Below are positions 13,626 to 27,589 of a stretch of 64,000 nt of DNA, in pieces (position 1 is the first letter of the stretch; the number at the start of each line of letters is the position of its first letter). A program made the position numbers and the translations under genes. The DNA lies in NCBI GenBank assembly GCA_964016885.1, contig OZ024743.1, forward strand, positions 302,064,001-302,128,000. The letters run 5' to 3'. A model generated the notes under the pieces. The model was not told the origin of the DNA. It did not search any database and saw only the letters and a list, made by a program, of their open reading frames with translations. Source of the DNA: Eledone cirrhosa. Lineage: Eukaryota.

Positions 13626-15148
13626 CTCTCTCTTATGTGTATTTATATTTATGAATATTTTATTAGAACAATTAATTCTGAGCAAAATTTATCTTTATAA
13701 TATATTTTTAATTGTTAATTGCTCATTAGGGACTATAGTGTCTTTTTTCATAATACTAATGACCTAACAGTTTATATTTGCGTGAAATTAAACAGCGTTG
13801 GAATATTGATCCCGCAATCTACCTTTGACCTTTCCACAAAGTATTCACAACTTTATTGAGTAGCTATCCATATATACATACATATTAATAGTAGTGGAGG
13901 ATTTGGTCTGGCATTCACATGAAATGACCTGAAGGTACTACATCTGTGGATTCGGATATTATCACGGAAATGTTATAAAATAATCGATGATTTTATTGTT
14001 ATCCTCCATTCATCTCTACAGTATATTGGCTTCATGCAGTCCCTAACAAATGACATATATCCGAAAAAAATCTGAATTAATGACCTTATATTCATTTATC
14101 CTTTGACGAAAGGAAATATGATACCACCTTTCTTTGAATAATATATAAGGAAATAAATGCATCTAAAAATGCTTCCATAATAGGTTATTATACATACCAT
14201 ACATAATACAATTCAAATGGGCCTTTTGAAAAACGTCTCATCGAGTATATTACATGCATCAATATCTATAAGTTATGCAGCGTAGAAACGAATAAAATGC
14301 TGCCATGTTCAGTGCTCTAATCATTTCATTTACAAACTTTCCTAAAACAAACCTCATTACCCATAATTGATACAGGGAAACAATTCTGCTTCATGATTCG
14401 TGAGTTTGGCAAAGTATATTTCAAGTCTAAAGACCACAACTGGAAATGACCGTAAATTTATAACGGAAATTGTAGTAAATTAAGTACATTATTTCATCTG
14501 GGAATTACAATTATGCCAAATATTAAGTTCTTTCGGGGGCAATCTCTTAATCTAGGGCAACCATCATAAATATTGTCGATCGCAAAACGGTAAAAGGAAT
14601 TTACTTGTCTTTTATATATTTTTATATATGAAGCAGAACACGATGTTGTTTTCCATATAAACGACTGCGGTGAATGAAAATATAAAACTTAGGATTTAAA
14701 TCAATTTACTCAGTATTTCATTCTTCCTTAACTCTGGCAAGTGTGCTGAACTTTGTACATAACATTCAGAGTATAATATAGCAACCATTTTACGTAGGTA
14801 AACAAAGACAGAATCATCGAGAAGACTCGTTTAATTTATGTTATCAAATTATTTGAAAATTTTAAAAAGGTAATTTTTTCTAAGACACAAAACATTGTCT
14901 AGACCAGCAGAGTGTAATTCATATTAATTTCAAATATGTCAAAATAGTTTTGAACTATATTTAGTGAAATTAAGACTTTTTCTTTTAAAGATCTAATACA
15001 AATATGTTTAAAACCTCAACTTTAGAAAACTTTCATTGAGTCTAGAACTTTACGAAAGGAGAAATTATTATAAATATCATGTATTGAAAACTAAGCTGTG
15101 TTTGATGTAAGATAGTATTCCTGTTCTGTTGGATTTGAACAAATAATT

Positions 15149-15332
15149 GTTTTTACTTTTAGGCACAAAGCCAGCAATTACCCATGCATTACTGGTACTT
15201 TATTTTATCGACCCCGTAAGGATGAAAGACAAAGTCAACCTCGGCGGGATTTGATCTCAGATCGAAAAGGGACGTAACTATGCTGGAAAGCATGGCGTCC
15301 GACCCTCTACCGATACTGCCAATCCACCGCCC
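15149..15332 (-). mobile_element. tRNA-derived octopod SINE, full length, with target-site duplication
   Basis: A box TGGCAGTATCGG and B-box-like GATCAAATCC. 20-bp TSD TTGGAT(T/G)TGAACAAATAATT at 15129-15148 and 15333-15352. Confidence 0.9.
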
Positions 15333-16470
15333 TTGGATGTGAACAAATAATTCACATCTACATATTGAGTGAGTTCACCGACAAAATTGTTTGCCTCTCT
15401 TACTAGCAAAATTTCTTCATTTCTAATCATAGTATTACATTGGTAATTAAAATACGCTCTAAAATGCGTGTTTAAATGTAACTCTATTAAAAGAAAAATG
15501 ACTAAAAGGAAACATACAAAATATTGAATTCGTAAAGTTTAATTCATAACATTTACTTTGATATAACAATTTTCTATTTGGTAAGTATGTGACATGATTC
15601 CTGAGGAGGAGTCAAAATATTTTTTGTATGTGACAATCAGCGCTACATTGTATCAAATATTCAACAGCCAAAGCATCGGCATACACCAGAGGGAAATAAT
15701 AATACATGTGACATTGATTTGGAATGTTTCTCGCAGTACTTCGTCACCTGTGGAATTGAGAAGGATATGTCACACCAAGTGGAGAACCACTCGATTCTCT
15801 CAGTTTGATATCTACTTAGGCAGAGTAGTGCCAAATAAGAGAGTAGTATGTTTTAAAAACAATAAATCATCAATAAATTCTCGTGATTGTATTCCATTCT
15901 ATTAAAGAATCTATAAGTGTATCCCATCAATTTCGAACTGAGCTGCTTTGTATCGATTAAGTAAATGCTACTTTCAACAGTGAAGTCAAAATAAGTACAT
16001 AATACTTTCAACAAAAGCTCATATATCACGATTTACAGTGAAACCACATTACTCTAACAGGAACAGACATAAAATATATATACAAAACGTACACACATAT
16101 GCATTCATACATACATACATGCCTAGATACATACATAATGCATATATATATGTGTGTGGGCTGGGGATGGGGGTGTATGTAGGAGGTGTCTAAATACACA
16201 CGACCTTACCTCCTATGAAATATATTGGCTTCTCTATCTTTTCATTTTATCAAATATCTATTTCTTCTAAAGATAACTGTATCTTTTTTTAATGCTCTAA
16301 TGTCCAAAAGGTTATGACGTTCGCCGTATTATATAAAGCGTTAAACTAATATGTGTCAACATTCTATTGTATTGTCTCCACTGCTGTTTCTCCTTCTTAT
16401 ACATTCACAGACATGCACACATACACAAACATATTCACACACATACACATACACACACATACGCACACAC

Positions 16471-16515
<45 letters not shown>

Positions 16516-16541
16516 CGTGTGCGCGTGTATATATATATATA

Positions 16542-17449
16542 CGAGGTGTGTCAGAAAAGTTCCAGGACTGATGTCACAAAAGATATATTTAAAACCCAAA
16601 CTTCTCACTAAGAGTTTTCTCATTCAAAGTACCCCCCCCCCACCCACACACCTGGAGTATGCAACTGTAATCATAGCTCTCTGCAGTGATCAAACTCTTT
16701 TCTTCATAATTTTATATACATGTCCTCTGTTTCAGGTCGTCAAGCAATGAGCACAGAGCAACGAACAAACTTGAAAATTCCGTCAGAAGCACTTGGATTG
16801 CTGTAGTAAATGTATGGAGATGAGACGATGTCACGCTCACGTGTCTTTGAGTGGTGCAAGTGGTTTAAAGAAGTACGCGAGGACGTGGAATATGACCCCA
16901 GGAGCGCATGTGCCTCAACAACCAGGACTGAGGTCAACGTTGAGCGCGTCAGGCAGAAGGTGCGTAGCGATCGTCGGCTGACTGTTCGCGTGATGGCAAA
17001 TGAGCTGGGCATGAATCGGGACAGCGTCTGGAATATTCTCACTGAAGATTTGGACATGCGGAAAGACTGCGCGAAGATGCTGCCAAAACTGCTGAACGAT
17101 GACCAGAAGGGTCGACGCATACAAGTGTGCCAGGACATCCTCGACCGTCTTAAAACCGAACCAGACTTGCTAGGGACAGTCATCACCGGTGATGAGTCAT
17201 GGATCTTCGAGTACGACCCGCAGGGGACCCATTTTGAAGACGTGGACGATATCAAAAAGGCCGTGACGACGGAACTGCGGAGGATCCCGGAAGAATCCTT
17301 CCAGGAATGCATGCAAGCGTGGCAGAAAAGGATGGAAATGAGCATTAGACTCCAGGGGGATTACATTGAAGGAGAAAACTCTTAGTGTGAAGTTTGGGTT
17401 TCAAATGAATTTTTGTGACGTTAGTCCTGAAACGTTTCTGACACACCTC

Positions 17450-17450
<1 letters not shown>
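16542..17450 (+). mobile_element. Internally deleted mariner transposon
   Basis: TIRs CGAGGTGTGTCAGAAA.GTT.CAGGACT with TA flanks. ORF 16810-17385 has the HTH region (SRSRVFEWCKWFKE) and ITGDESWIFEYDP, then jumps to the C-terminus, so the remaining catalytic Asp residues are missing. Confidence 0.93.
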
Positions 17451-17510
<60 letters not shown>

Positions 17511-18439
17511 ATTGTTCGTGTGCGTTCATACACGTAGAAATAGAAATTGAGATGAAAAATATGGATTGTTAGTCAATAAAAAATGCTGGATTGATGTAAA
17601 GGCAGAAATATACATATCTGAGCACATATTTACGGACTATTCTTTTTCCCAATATTCACCATCGTAACCGTAATGGAATATATACTAGCAAATATATACA
17701 TTCTTTTTAAAATCGTGTAAGAAAGTAATTTGATGTGGGTTGGTAGACATTAGACTATATTTAACCATATAGTTAAATATATATATAAACTCCACTTTGG
17801 TAAACGTATAATTGTTTTCTGAACTTCTTTGAAATTTCTTTTAAATAATTGCTCCTCAGTTTGAGCTTCATTTTCAAGTTTCGCAAATATGCTGACCAAA
17901 GTTCCACCTTCACTTGTCGCTTGCATACCTGTTCCGGAAAGAAAACAATATCTGAAACACCTGATTAGCAGTATTAATTATTTCATAAGGATTGTGTGAT
18001 AAACCAGTGTATCCATGGTGGCAACAACTCACATCCACGCAAATTTGGCACCTTCAAAATTCTACCTCATAATCCTAGTCTGGATAGATTTGAAAATGAA
18101 ATGTTAGTAATTAAAAATAATACTTCATTTAGAAAAAAGTCTTCCTATTAATAATCCATTCTTGAGAAAACTGAACTCTGATATTAACGATTTTTTTTTA
18201 TTTAAATAGCCATAAAATGATAAATGTCCGAGCCGATAAAACTAAAATATTTATAGTATGAACGTCCTTCATGAATAGAGAATTAAGTAAAATCTATAGA
18301 AACATAACCCAGAAAAATTTAATAAATATTAATAATTAGTTGAATATCTGGTTGAATATTCAGATCTTGATATGTGCACTAAACCTTAAACTGCGAAAAC
18401 CCCTAACTTCAAAATTGAGAACCATAAAACAATTTAATA

Positions 18440-18630
18440 ATAGTTTCTACTTTTGGCACAAGGCATGTACATATCCCAGTGTATTGCTGGGGCTTTATTT
18501 TATCGACCCCGTAAGGACGAAAGGCGAAGTTAACCTCGGCGAGATTTGAACTCAAACCATAAAGGGCCGTAAGTCTTTACTGCAAAGCATGGCGTCCAAC
18601 CTTCTACCGATACTGCCAATCCAACACCCC
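18440..18630 (-). mobile_element. Octopod SINE
   Basis: Same consensus as 15149-15332. Confidence 0.88.
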
Positions 18631-19759
18631 AATTTTCATAATAATTTGTTAAGCAGCGTAACAAGCCCTTTAATTTCAGATGTGGGTAGATAGGTTTATT
18701 CCGACCATCAGCGAGAAGGTAAAACTTAACTTATGGTGGAAGGCCAGTCAAGCAATTAATTGGTTTAGCTATAGAATGTCTGATATTAAATTTGTCCACT
18801 TTGATATAGACAGCAATTATGCTTCTATCTCCCATGGTATAGTAAAGAAAGCTCTTAGTATGGCCAAGAAATAAAACAGTCTCACTAAGCTAGAAACACC
18901 ATAAAGTAAATAAAAGCCATAGGACTCGTAGAAACCAGAGCCTTAATAATCCATGTGAGAAACTACTAAAATCAAGTATCTTTAATAAAAGTAGAAACCG
19001 GGACATTTATATCCCCCACAATAAAAGCCAGCATTCGATCTAACCAGTACTCTATCAATCTCCGTAACACAAAAGCTGTAATTGGGAATACGAGCCAGAG
19101 TTTTAGCATTAGTATCCCACATCGGAAACCTAATAGATATAGTAAACCTCGCAATAGAAATGTTGATGATATCCCAGACAACTACCACAATACTCCTAAT
19201 AATATCTGTGACACATTTATTGATAACTTGTAGACTCTGCTAGTTAAAATAAAAAGAATAATAGAAGAACATATACATCTGTTCCAACCCTACATGCGGA
19301 GACCATATCGCTTCTTACATATCTAAACTATTATTTGGCATGGTTGAGAGAAACTCCCCATTTCCCCATTAGAATATTAATATTATTAAATAATTAACAA
19401 AAGACTGGTACATTATCTTCTCCACTAACCCTGATCTGGCAGACATTCTATCACTCTATAATAATAGAAACATTCGAATGTGTGAATCTAAACGAAATCA
19501 TCTAATTAACTCTAATACACAAACAAGACGCTCCAGCAATTTAGATTGTGGATCTACTTATAGTGAAACAGCCATTAATAATCTGATTAATGAAAACTGT
19601 TCATTTAGCATGTCTGAGTAGTAATTGATTAGTAAATGATAATATCACTGAATATGGTACACTTAATAGAAACCAGCACGTAAGAAGGAACTGCTCTTGT
19701 AGGGTTCCTGATTCATGCTCACTTAAAGGACATTGCCTAAAAAGCAACGTGGTATAATA

Positions 19760-20432
19760 CTTGTTTCTACTTTTGGCACAAGGCCAGCTATTACACAGTG
19801 TATTACTGGTACTTTATTTTATCGACCCCATAAGGATGAAAGGCAAAGTTAACCTCGGCGGGATTTGAACTCAGAATGGCAAGGGCCGTAACTCAATGCG
19901 TCAAAGCATGGCGTCCGACTGTCTACCGATACTACCAATCCACCTGCTTGTACTTTAGGTACAAGGCCAGCAATTTCAATCCCAGTGCGTTACTGCTGTA
20001 TTATGTTATCGACCACCTAATGATTAAAGGCAAAGCTCACCTCGGCGGGATTTGAACTCAGAAGGTAAAGGGCTTCAAAGCATAGTATATAACTCCCTAC
20101 TAATACTGCCAATCCTCCCACTAATTATTGTTTCTATGTAAGGCACAAGACCAGCAATTATCTCAGTGTATTAGTGGTACTTTATTTTATCGACCCCGTA
20201 AGGATGAAAGGCAAAGTCAACCGCGGCGGGATTTGAACTAATAATTGTTTCTACTTTTGGCACCAGGCCAGCAAATTATCCAGTACATTACTGGTACTTT
20301 ATTTTATCGACCCCGTATGGATGAAAGGCAAAGTTAACCTCGGTAGGATTTGAACTCAGACCATAAAAGGACGTAACTATGCTGGAAAGCATGGCGTCCG
20401 ACCCTCTACCGATACTACCAATTCACCGCCCT
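19760..20432 (-). mobile_element. Cluster of four same-orientation SINE copies
   Basis: Consensus core repeated four times. The last copy is flanked by ATTTGAACTAATAAT (20231-20245 and 20434-20448). Confidence 0.9.
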
Positions 20433-20938
20433 ATTTGAACTAATAATACTTATAAGTACATAGGTGTCTCTATTTTCTTCAATACCAGGTTCTGCTCACA
20501 TATCCACTGCCATAAGAACGAGAAACTATGATACACTACTTCTTTAGCTTAACTATTGGGCAAATTAAAAAGTAAAAAAAAAAAGTAATAACTGCACCCT
20601 TAAATGGGATTTAATTAACACTTGGGAATCTTATCGTGTAGGAGGAAATGTGTGATCTTCTTTTGACAGAGATGCTGGAATATTCACATCAAATGTTGCC
20701 CTGATAAACTCCAAGAATGAGGCTATCCCTTCTTGCAACCAGATCATTTTCCAATCGCTCTACCACACAATCTTCGATTCGACTTGGAAACAATTCTAAG
20801 GGCGTATATTATTATCGTAGGTTCAATATCTTGGGGATTTCTGATCTCCTCCTTAGCTGTTACTATTTTCCACTATCAATTTATATTTTGTATGTTATCA
20901 TTTCCATTATATTTTTATTTCATCTTAATATGAAAAAC

Positions 20939-21160
20939 AGGGAGGACATAATATTAAAGGGGGATAACCACGCTTAGGGATTACTTAGTGTTGAAGTCAA
21001 ATAGTTTAAGATGACCCAAATAATAATAAAAACAATAATTTCCATTATATTTTTATTTCATCTTTATTTTTATTATTATTTGGGTCATCTTAAACTATTT
21101 GATTTCTACACTAATTCATCCCTAAGAGTGGTTATCTCCCTTTAATCTTATGTCCTCCCT
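20939..21160. repeat. Inverted repeat with about 93-bp arms
   Basis: 20939-21031 versus 21066-21160. The spacer copies 20901-20926. Confidence 0.85.
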
Positions 21161-21193
21161 AGGTCATTATGACATTTATTTACACCGGTTGAA

Positions 21194-21786
21194 GAAAGTT
21201 GGAAAATCACTGATGAAGGACTAATTTTATTCATATGTAACCCATGTGGAACCACGCAGCACTCAATTCTTCTCATTTTTATATATACAATTTTCCTCAG
21301 CTGCATTTCTCTCTTTCTTTCTTACTACTTACCCCCTATCTCACCTTCTTTCACCCCCTCTGTCAGTCACACCTTCCCTCGACTGGCCTCTTCCACGCAC
21401 TTCCACTCACTCACTCTCTGCTTTCCCCCTCTCACTTCCTCCCGTTTGGCCTGTGTGGGGTCCTTTCTCACTCACACCTCACCCATGTCGGATGGTCTGT
21501 ATATCTCCTTCGCCCATGAAATTCACCTAGCTTAAGGTGAATAGATATCATGTGCTTGTTTCTTCCTATCTTTCCGTTGCTATACTATGTTTGTTTGTTT
21601 ACTTGTCTCGCTCGCTTTACGCTATATTACTTGTCCCAATAGCTTTATTTAGCTATTGCTCCCACCAACTAGAGGTGTACTATTTTTAAAGCGATGAAAT
21701 ACCAATGAAAGTTGGAAAATCACTGATGAAGGACTGATTTTATTCATATGTAACCCATGTGCAACCACGCAGCACTCAATTATTCT

Positions 21787-21788
<2 letters not shown>
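21194..21788 (+). repeat. Terminal direct repeat (about 82 bp, 513-bp period), pLTR-like
   Basis: GAAAGTTGGAAAATCACTGATGAAGGACT...CACTCAATT at 21194 and 21707. Lies downstream of the PLE remnant and ends at a CA/TA tract. Confidence 0.75.
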
Positions 21789-21854
<66 letters not shown>

Positions 21855-22689
21855 CATGTAGAATTATTTATTTATGTATTTATATATAAGAAGAATGACA
21901 TTTGTAAAAGGGGGAAGAATGTGAGAAAATGTATGTGTTTGCATATTTCTGTATGTATATAAGTATGCAGGTAAAGTTCCGTTATACCGAATAACATTAT
22001 AACAATTTTTTCAGTACATCGATGTTTTTAATGCCCCGTGAATTTCGTTATGACGAAATTTCACTGCCTATGATTATAAATTGATTTCTTTCACATGATA
22101 TATTTAATGTGTAATTTTTGTTAAGCTATATGCAACAATCTGTTTTAGTAATTAAAAATGCATCATTGTTTACATAGGTGATAGTCGCATGAACGGTATA
22201 GCGGAGACTATGAAATTCAATTTAAGAAAAGTAATGGAATACATGCTTCACGAGTGTTTCAAGTATTCGGGGAATTATGTGTCATATATTTTCTTCTGTG
22301 AACATTAATAGAATTGACTACAGTCAAACGATCTACATATTGAATTTGTATCTAACTCAGTTTACACAAAGTTTCGTTTGTGTTCTTGAAGTCAATGTCT
22401 TTACATTAAGTATGAAGAAAGATGCGTTTCTCAGTTGGGTGCAATTTAGTATTGTCTGATTAAAACATTTATATCGTACAGTCCTTCTTGATATATCCAT
22501 CTTAATTATGTATTTTGGTGAAAATGCCATGCTCCTAGCAAGTTATAGGATGAATATATTGGCAGAACAGTAGGAAATGTAAAATTGGCAGTATAAATTA
22601 AATATTTAGATTGATCATCAAACGTCCATTGAGTACAAAATATTCAATGAAATTTATAGGAATACCTGGCCATTCAACTTTCTTAATAT

Positions 22690-23010
22690 TCAATCTGTGT
22701 TTGTTTAGAGCTCTTCTGTTAATCTACGGACGTAGTATATAACATACAATCTAAGGGTGGGACTGTATAGGTATATAAACACAACAAACATAGGTGATAC
22801 ATCCCGTAGCATAGTAGAAATATTAAATGAACATCGAGGAGAACGCCAAGATGGGAGGAACTTGTAAAATAGCAACATCACAACTAGGAATTAAGGACAA
22901 TATAAAGAAGTACAGACACACAAGAACCAATCTAATAGAACAAACAAGACACTAACAGATAGAACAATCGACCAACTAGCAACAAATAAATAAACGCTTA
23001 AATGAATAAA
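22690..23010 (+). mobile_element. Fragment related to the Neptune-like PLE family (GIY-YIG end and UTR)
   Basis: DVVYNI...IGDTSRSIVEILNEH, plus GCAACATCACAACT..AATTAAGGACAA matching about 12750-12785. Confidence 0.65.
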
Positions 23011-23384
23011 TCAAACCCACCAGGAATACCGAATTGAAGATAGCGAGTTTGGCTTTTAAACCTACCTCTCTTTTTTCTGTTCCCCCGGATGATAAAGCTG
23101 GCGTTTTCCTGCTCCAACTCCTCTAATTCGTGCACTTAATTCCCCCTCCTGCCTTTCATCACTCGTGAACACTGCTCCGATATCTTTGCACATCAGTGGT
23201 ACCCCATTCACACCGGGAGTGCATTTCGCAGGTGTACTTGAGGGGATGTGAATTTGTTTGGTATTTCATTAATGTTTATTTTCTTTATCTCTGTTATAAA
23301 TTCTATTTTACACAAAAAAACAATAACTCATTTCATCATCTTGTACCGTTTTTAATGTCTCTTTAATGTGAACTCTGTGTAGGC

Positions 23385-23870
23385 TCGATAACATAAAGTA
23401 CCAGTAATACACTTAGTAATTGCTGGCCTTATACCAACAGAAAAACAGTTATTATTATTGGTAGTATCGGTGGTAGATTTGCAGTATCGTTAGAGGGTCG
23501 GACACCATGCATTGCCGCATAGAGTTACTGCCCTTGTCATTCTTAGTTCAAATCCCGCCGAGGTTAATTTGTTTGACTTTCATGATTACTAGAACGATAA
23601 AATATAGTACCCGTAATGCACTGGCCTTGTGCCAAAAGTAGAAATAGTTATTATTGACAGTATCGTTACGGCATCATACAGACACCATGCATTGCAGCAT
23701 AGAGATATGGCACTTTACCTTCGGATTTCAAATCACGCCGAGCACAGCTTAGCATTTCATCCTTATGGGGTCGTTAAAATAAAGTACCAGTAACGCTTTG
23801 GTGTCGATTTTATCAACGTTCCCCTCCACAACATTCGCTGGACTCGTGCGTAAATCAGAAACCATTTATT
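23385..23870 (+). mobile_element. Cluster of three diverged SINE copies
   Basis: GTTCAAATCCCGCCGAGG B box and ATAAAGTACCAGTAA cores. Confidence 0.85.
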
Positions 23871-25691
23871 ATTTGTGACATAATCATTATGCTTATTATT
23901 ATTATGTTAAACAGGAATTATCACTAAAGCATGGTTGCTTAATTAGATAGAGGAATGAAATAAAATCACAATTTGTATCAATTTTCGAAGGATTGATTAT
24001 ATATGCACTTTGAAATTCCAAATATAAACTCTATGAAAAGTCTATGTACATGACTATAATGTTCACATATTTCCAAAGGAAGATCACTCGTTCAGCTAAA
24101 TTAATAGCTTAATCAAACTAGGAAATAAGTTAAGTTATCTATTTCATATATCTGTTTTGTTTACTATATTCCAGCACCAATCGACCAATAATTTTCAATG
24201 ATTCCGCATTGATTTCTTCAAGATAAAACTTTTTTTTTTCCTTGCTTTGTACTTTGAATCTGTATTTATTATAGTACTAGTGTTTATTGTTTCTATGTTT
24301 GGAGATGAAGAACATTGATAATTTCGAAAGTATGTTTAGAAAGTCTGTAGAGAATCAGTAGAACATTCGGAAATGATATCTCTAATTTCGTGTAATGTAT
24401 CAGTAACATTAGATGTTTATGTGAATGTATACTTATATATTTGATGATAATTAACACGAGTAGGTAGTTACACAAATTGCACAGAATGCAGATATGTTGT
24501 GTCATTTACGTATTGCCAATAGCCGAGATCAGGTGAGAAGAAACCAAACGATGTCAAAAATAAGTTTGACTCTGTGCTGGCAACGTGAATATAAGGAATT
24601 ACATGTATTAATATTGAACGCAAAGTCTCTAAATTCCATATCATCATACGATACATAATCTTATGCATGATCTAACAAATGATTTCACATATTTGTCTGA
24701 AATAATACGTGCCTATTAAAAGATAGTGTAAAAGAAATCCATTCAACATTGATTAGGTTGCTGCATCGTTTACGCCGCTGGAAATAGTATTGCATCCGTT
24801 TGAACGTTTGTCAAATTGTAGGATTTTCTAATTGTGTATATGTATGATCATCACTGCACATGTATACATAAATGTTTCTCACGTCATAACTACGTATTTT
24901 AGTATATTTTCTGCTGGAAAGAATGCTAAAATGACGACTTTAAATATATCTGTTAGAACACGAAAAGTGTGAAACACAGAATGTTCACTTTTCGTGTTCT
25001 AACATATATGCCTAGCTTCTTTAACAATTTTTCGGGGATAGCCGTGGTGGTGGTGATCGTATGTCATTGGCTAATTTTCAACCAATCAGAGTACCTCTCT
25101 CTATATCTCTTCCACTGTTACTTACGCCTGTTTCTCTCTATCTGTTCCGTCTCTATATATATCTCTTACTCTTTCGCTTTGCACTCCTCCCCTTCAATAC
25201 CATCTCTCCCCCTCTCTATATATTTGTTACTCTATCGCTGCACGCTCCTCTCCTTCAATATATCAATTACACACGCTTTACACTCCTTTATCCCCAGCGC
25301 CCCTATATATACACCCCCCTCTCCCGCATCTATATTTTAATGTACCGTTGCACCGTGAATATATGTGTCTATATATATATACATATATATTGTATATACA
25401 CATTCATGTATGTGTATACACATTCATGTATGTATATACACTGGTTTTATGTGTGTATTGTAAATTTGTACTGTTAAAACACGAAACTAACATTCGATTG
25501 ACACTTTGATTACCTGTACAGGCAATAGTTATTAGAATGCTGTTGAAGTGTGTATATATTTTTGGGGGACATCCTGTATATACACACATTATATATAATA
25601 CAATAAACAGATAAATACACACATATATATATGAGCTTATTTAATTATAAATATTGTGAATTTTTAACTCAGTTCAATTATATATATAAAT

Positions 25692-25741
25692 GGCTTCTAC
25701 AGGACTAGAACTGTTTCATTCGAAAGAAATCATCATAATAT
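25692..25741 (-). ncRNA. Degenerate hammerhead motif (family E)
   Basis: aTGATGA-tTTCtttcGAAt-GAAA-CAGttctagtcCTG-TA-GAAGCC. Homologous to 42059-42109 and 8361-8411. Confidence 0.5.
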
Positions 25742-26347
25742 TGAGAGGGGGGACTAGATAAAATATTTCAAATCAAATGTGTATAAGTTATAAGTTAAAA
25801 TGTATAAATAGAGACGATAGTGGAGGTATATCTGTTTAGTGGAACAGTAGACGATAGAATTAAATACAGACGATAATCTCCCTTTAATGAAACAGCAGAC
25901 GATAGAATTAAGGCAATTTAAATTTTAAGCATTTGCATTTTTGCCTTTCATCGTTACGGGGTCGATAAAATAAAGTACCAGTAATACACTGTCACTAGAC
26001 GACTTTCAAATTGAATTGTTGGTTCCATTTCTTTAGTATTTTCAATTGTAGTTATATACTTAAAAAGCGTTACACGGTTAGAGACATAATTCGTAAGTTA
26101 TATCTTCCCTATTAAACCATTGCATTATTTCGCCTACAATAGAACAAAAATGAAATGTTCTTTAAAGAAACAGGAATATAACTTTATAAAAAAAAAAGTT
26201 GCATCCGCTTCTTTTATCATTGATAATTTTTTCGTTTTAATATTAATTGTTTTTTGTAGTTGTTTATATTAAAAATCTTACTGTAATATTTACTTAAACG
26301 AAGGCAAACATCTAAACTTATAGATTAATCTTGAGCGAAGGACTAGA

Positions 26348-26474
<127 letters not shown>

Positions 26475-26864
26475 GAAGAATGATAAAATTTCAAGCAAAG
26501 AGTTTAATTAGGTATATTTTGTAATATTATTAACTAATTATTATAATTAACGCGCATATTTTGCTATCCTCAAACACGTTTACACATGGCATGAAATATA
26601 ACTAATCCGAGATGGCTAGGTTTCATCTTCTAACTGGATAAACGAAATCCATTATGTCTTGACAACAACATGAGGTAACATTATGTTATTCACAGACACA
26701 CTTTGTACACTGTTCCATATCAGAATGTATTTCCTTCGTCAGATTCACAAACAGTATTGAAAATATGTTCTTCGGCAAATAAAAATGTTTTGTTCATAAT
26801 ATTTCAACTAGCGATTGCTCTACTTCACGCACGACCACCATAAATTAATGACCAGCTCAACACA

Positions 26865-27035
26865 AGTATTGGTAGAGCGTCAGACACCATGCTTTGCAGT
26901 ATTGTTATGGTCCTTTGCATTCTAAGTTCAAATCCTGCCGAGGTTAACTTCGACTTTCATACTTACTAATTCGATAAAATAAAGTACCAGTAATGGACTG
27001 CCGTAATGGATTTGTGCCGAAAAATAGAAACACTA
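26865..27035 (+). mobile_element. Octopod SINE, diverged
   Basis: GTTCAAATCCTGCCGAGGTTAAC and CGATAAAATAAAGTACCAG. Confidence 0.85.
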
Positions 27036-27589
27036 TTAATGTGCAATAAGAGCAAAATATAACGACATTGCTCAATTATTTTATCTAATGTTGTAATAAC
27101 ACAAGGAAATGTTGTTTGTGTATTTTTTTTTATATTTGCTCATAGGCTTTTACAATTTCGCTCAGCCAACAACTATTAAAAAGTGAGTTGCTTAAGATAA
27201 CAATTTAATCACAAATTGTTGCTATCTTTTAATACACTCCAACAAGTCATCAAATTATGTACAATAAAAACAAATCTTATTAATTTGCTCAGGGAATATA
27301 AAGAAAATGTATATACACTGATAATTGCAAATGTATGTAAATATTTTGTTTTTGTATTGTATATTTTATGTTTTCTATTATGTATAATATATTGATTTAA
27401 TATTGATTGTTTTTTGTAGTTGTTTATATTAAAAGTCTGAAAATATTTTTATACATCTTACACTAATATTTATAAGATAATTTATAATAACAATTACATA
27501 ATCTAATTACATTACAACGATAATTTATTATTAATATATATCCTGTTTAACTAGAGTTATTACAAGCGTTGCCTTAAAAAAATATTAAA

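Larger units (their letters stand above)
18000..20720 (+). mobile_element. Old Penelope-like element interrupted by SINEs
   Basis: Remnants VRADKTK, INWF..KFVHFDIDSNYASIS..KKAL (RT), CSCRVPDSCSLKGHCLKSNVV (about 19690) and YIGVS (about 20457). Confidence 0.75.

Noticed and set aside
16810-17385. Functional mariner transposase
   Set aside because: Most of the catalytic domain is deleted and the N-terminus is disrupted.
19760-20432. Regularly recurring motif resembling a CRISPR or tRNA array
   Set aside because: These are tandem SINE copies. There are no unique spacers, no cas genes and no complete cloverleaf.
25805-25912. Short repeats of AGACGATAG
   Set aside because: A small degenerate minisatellite with no further structure.
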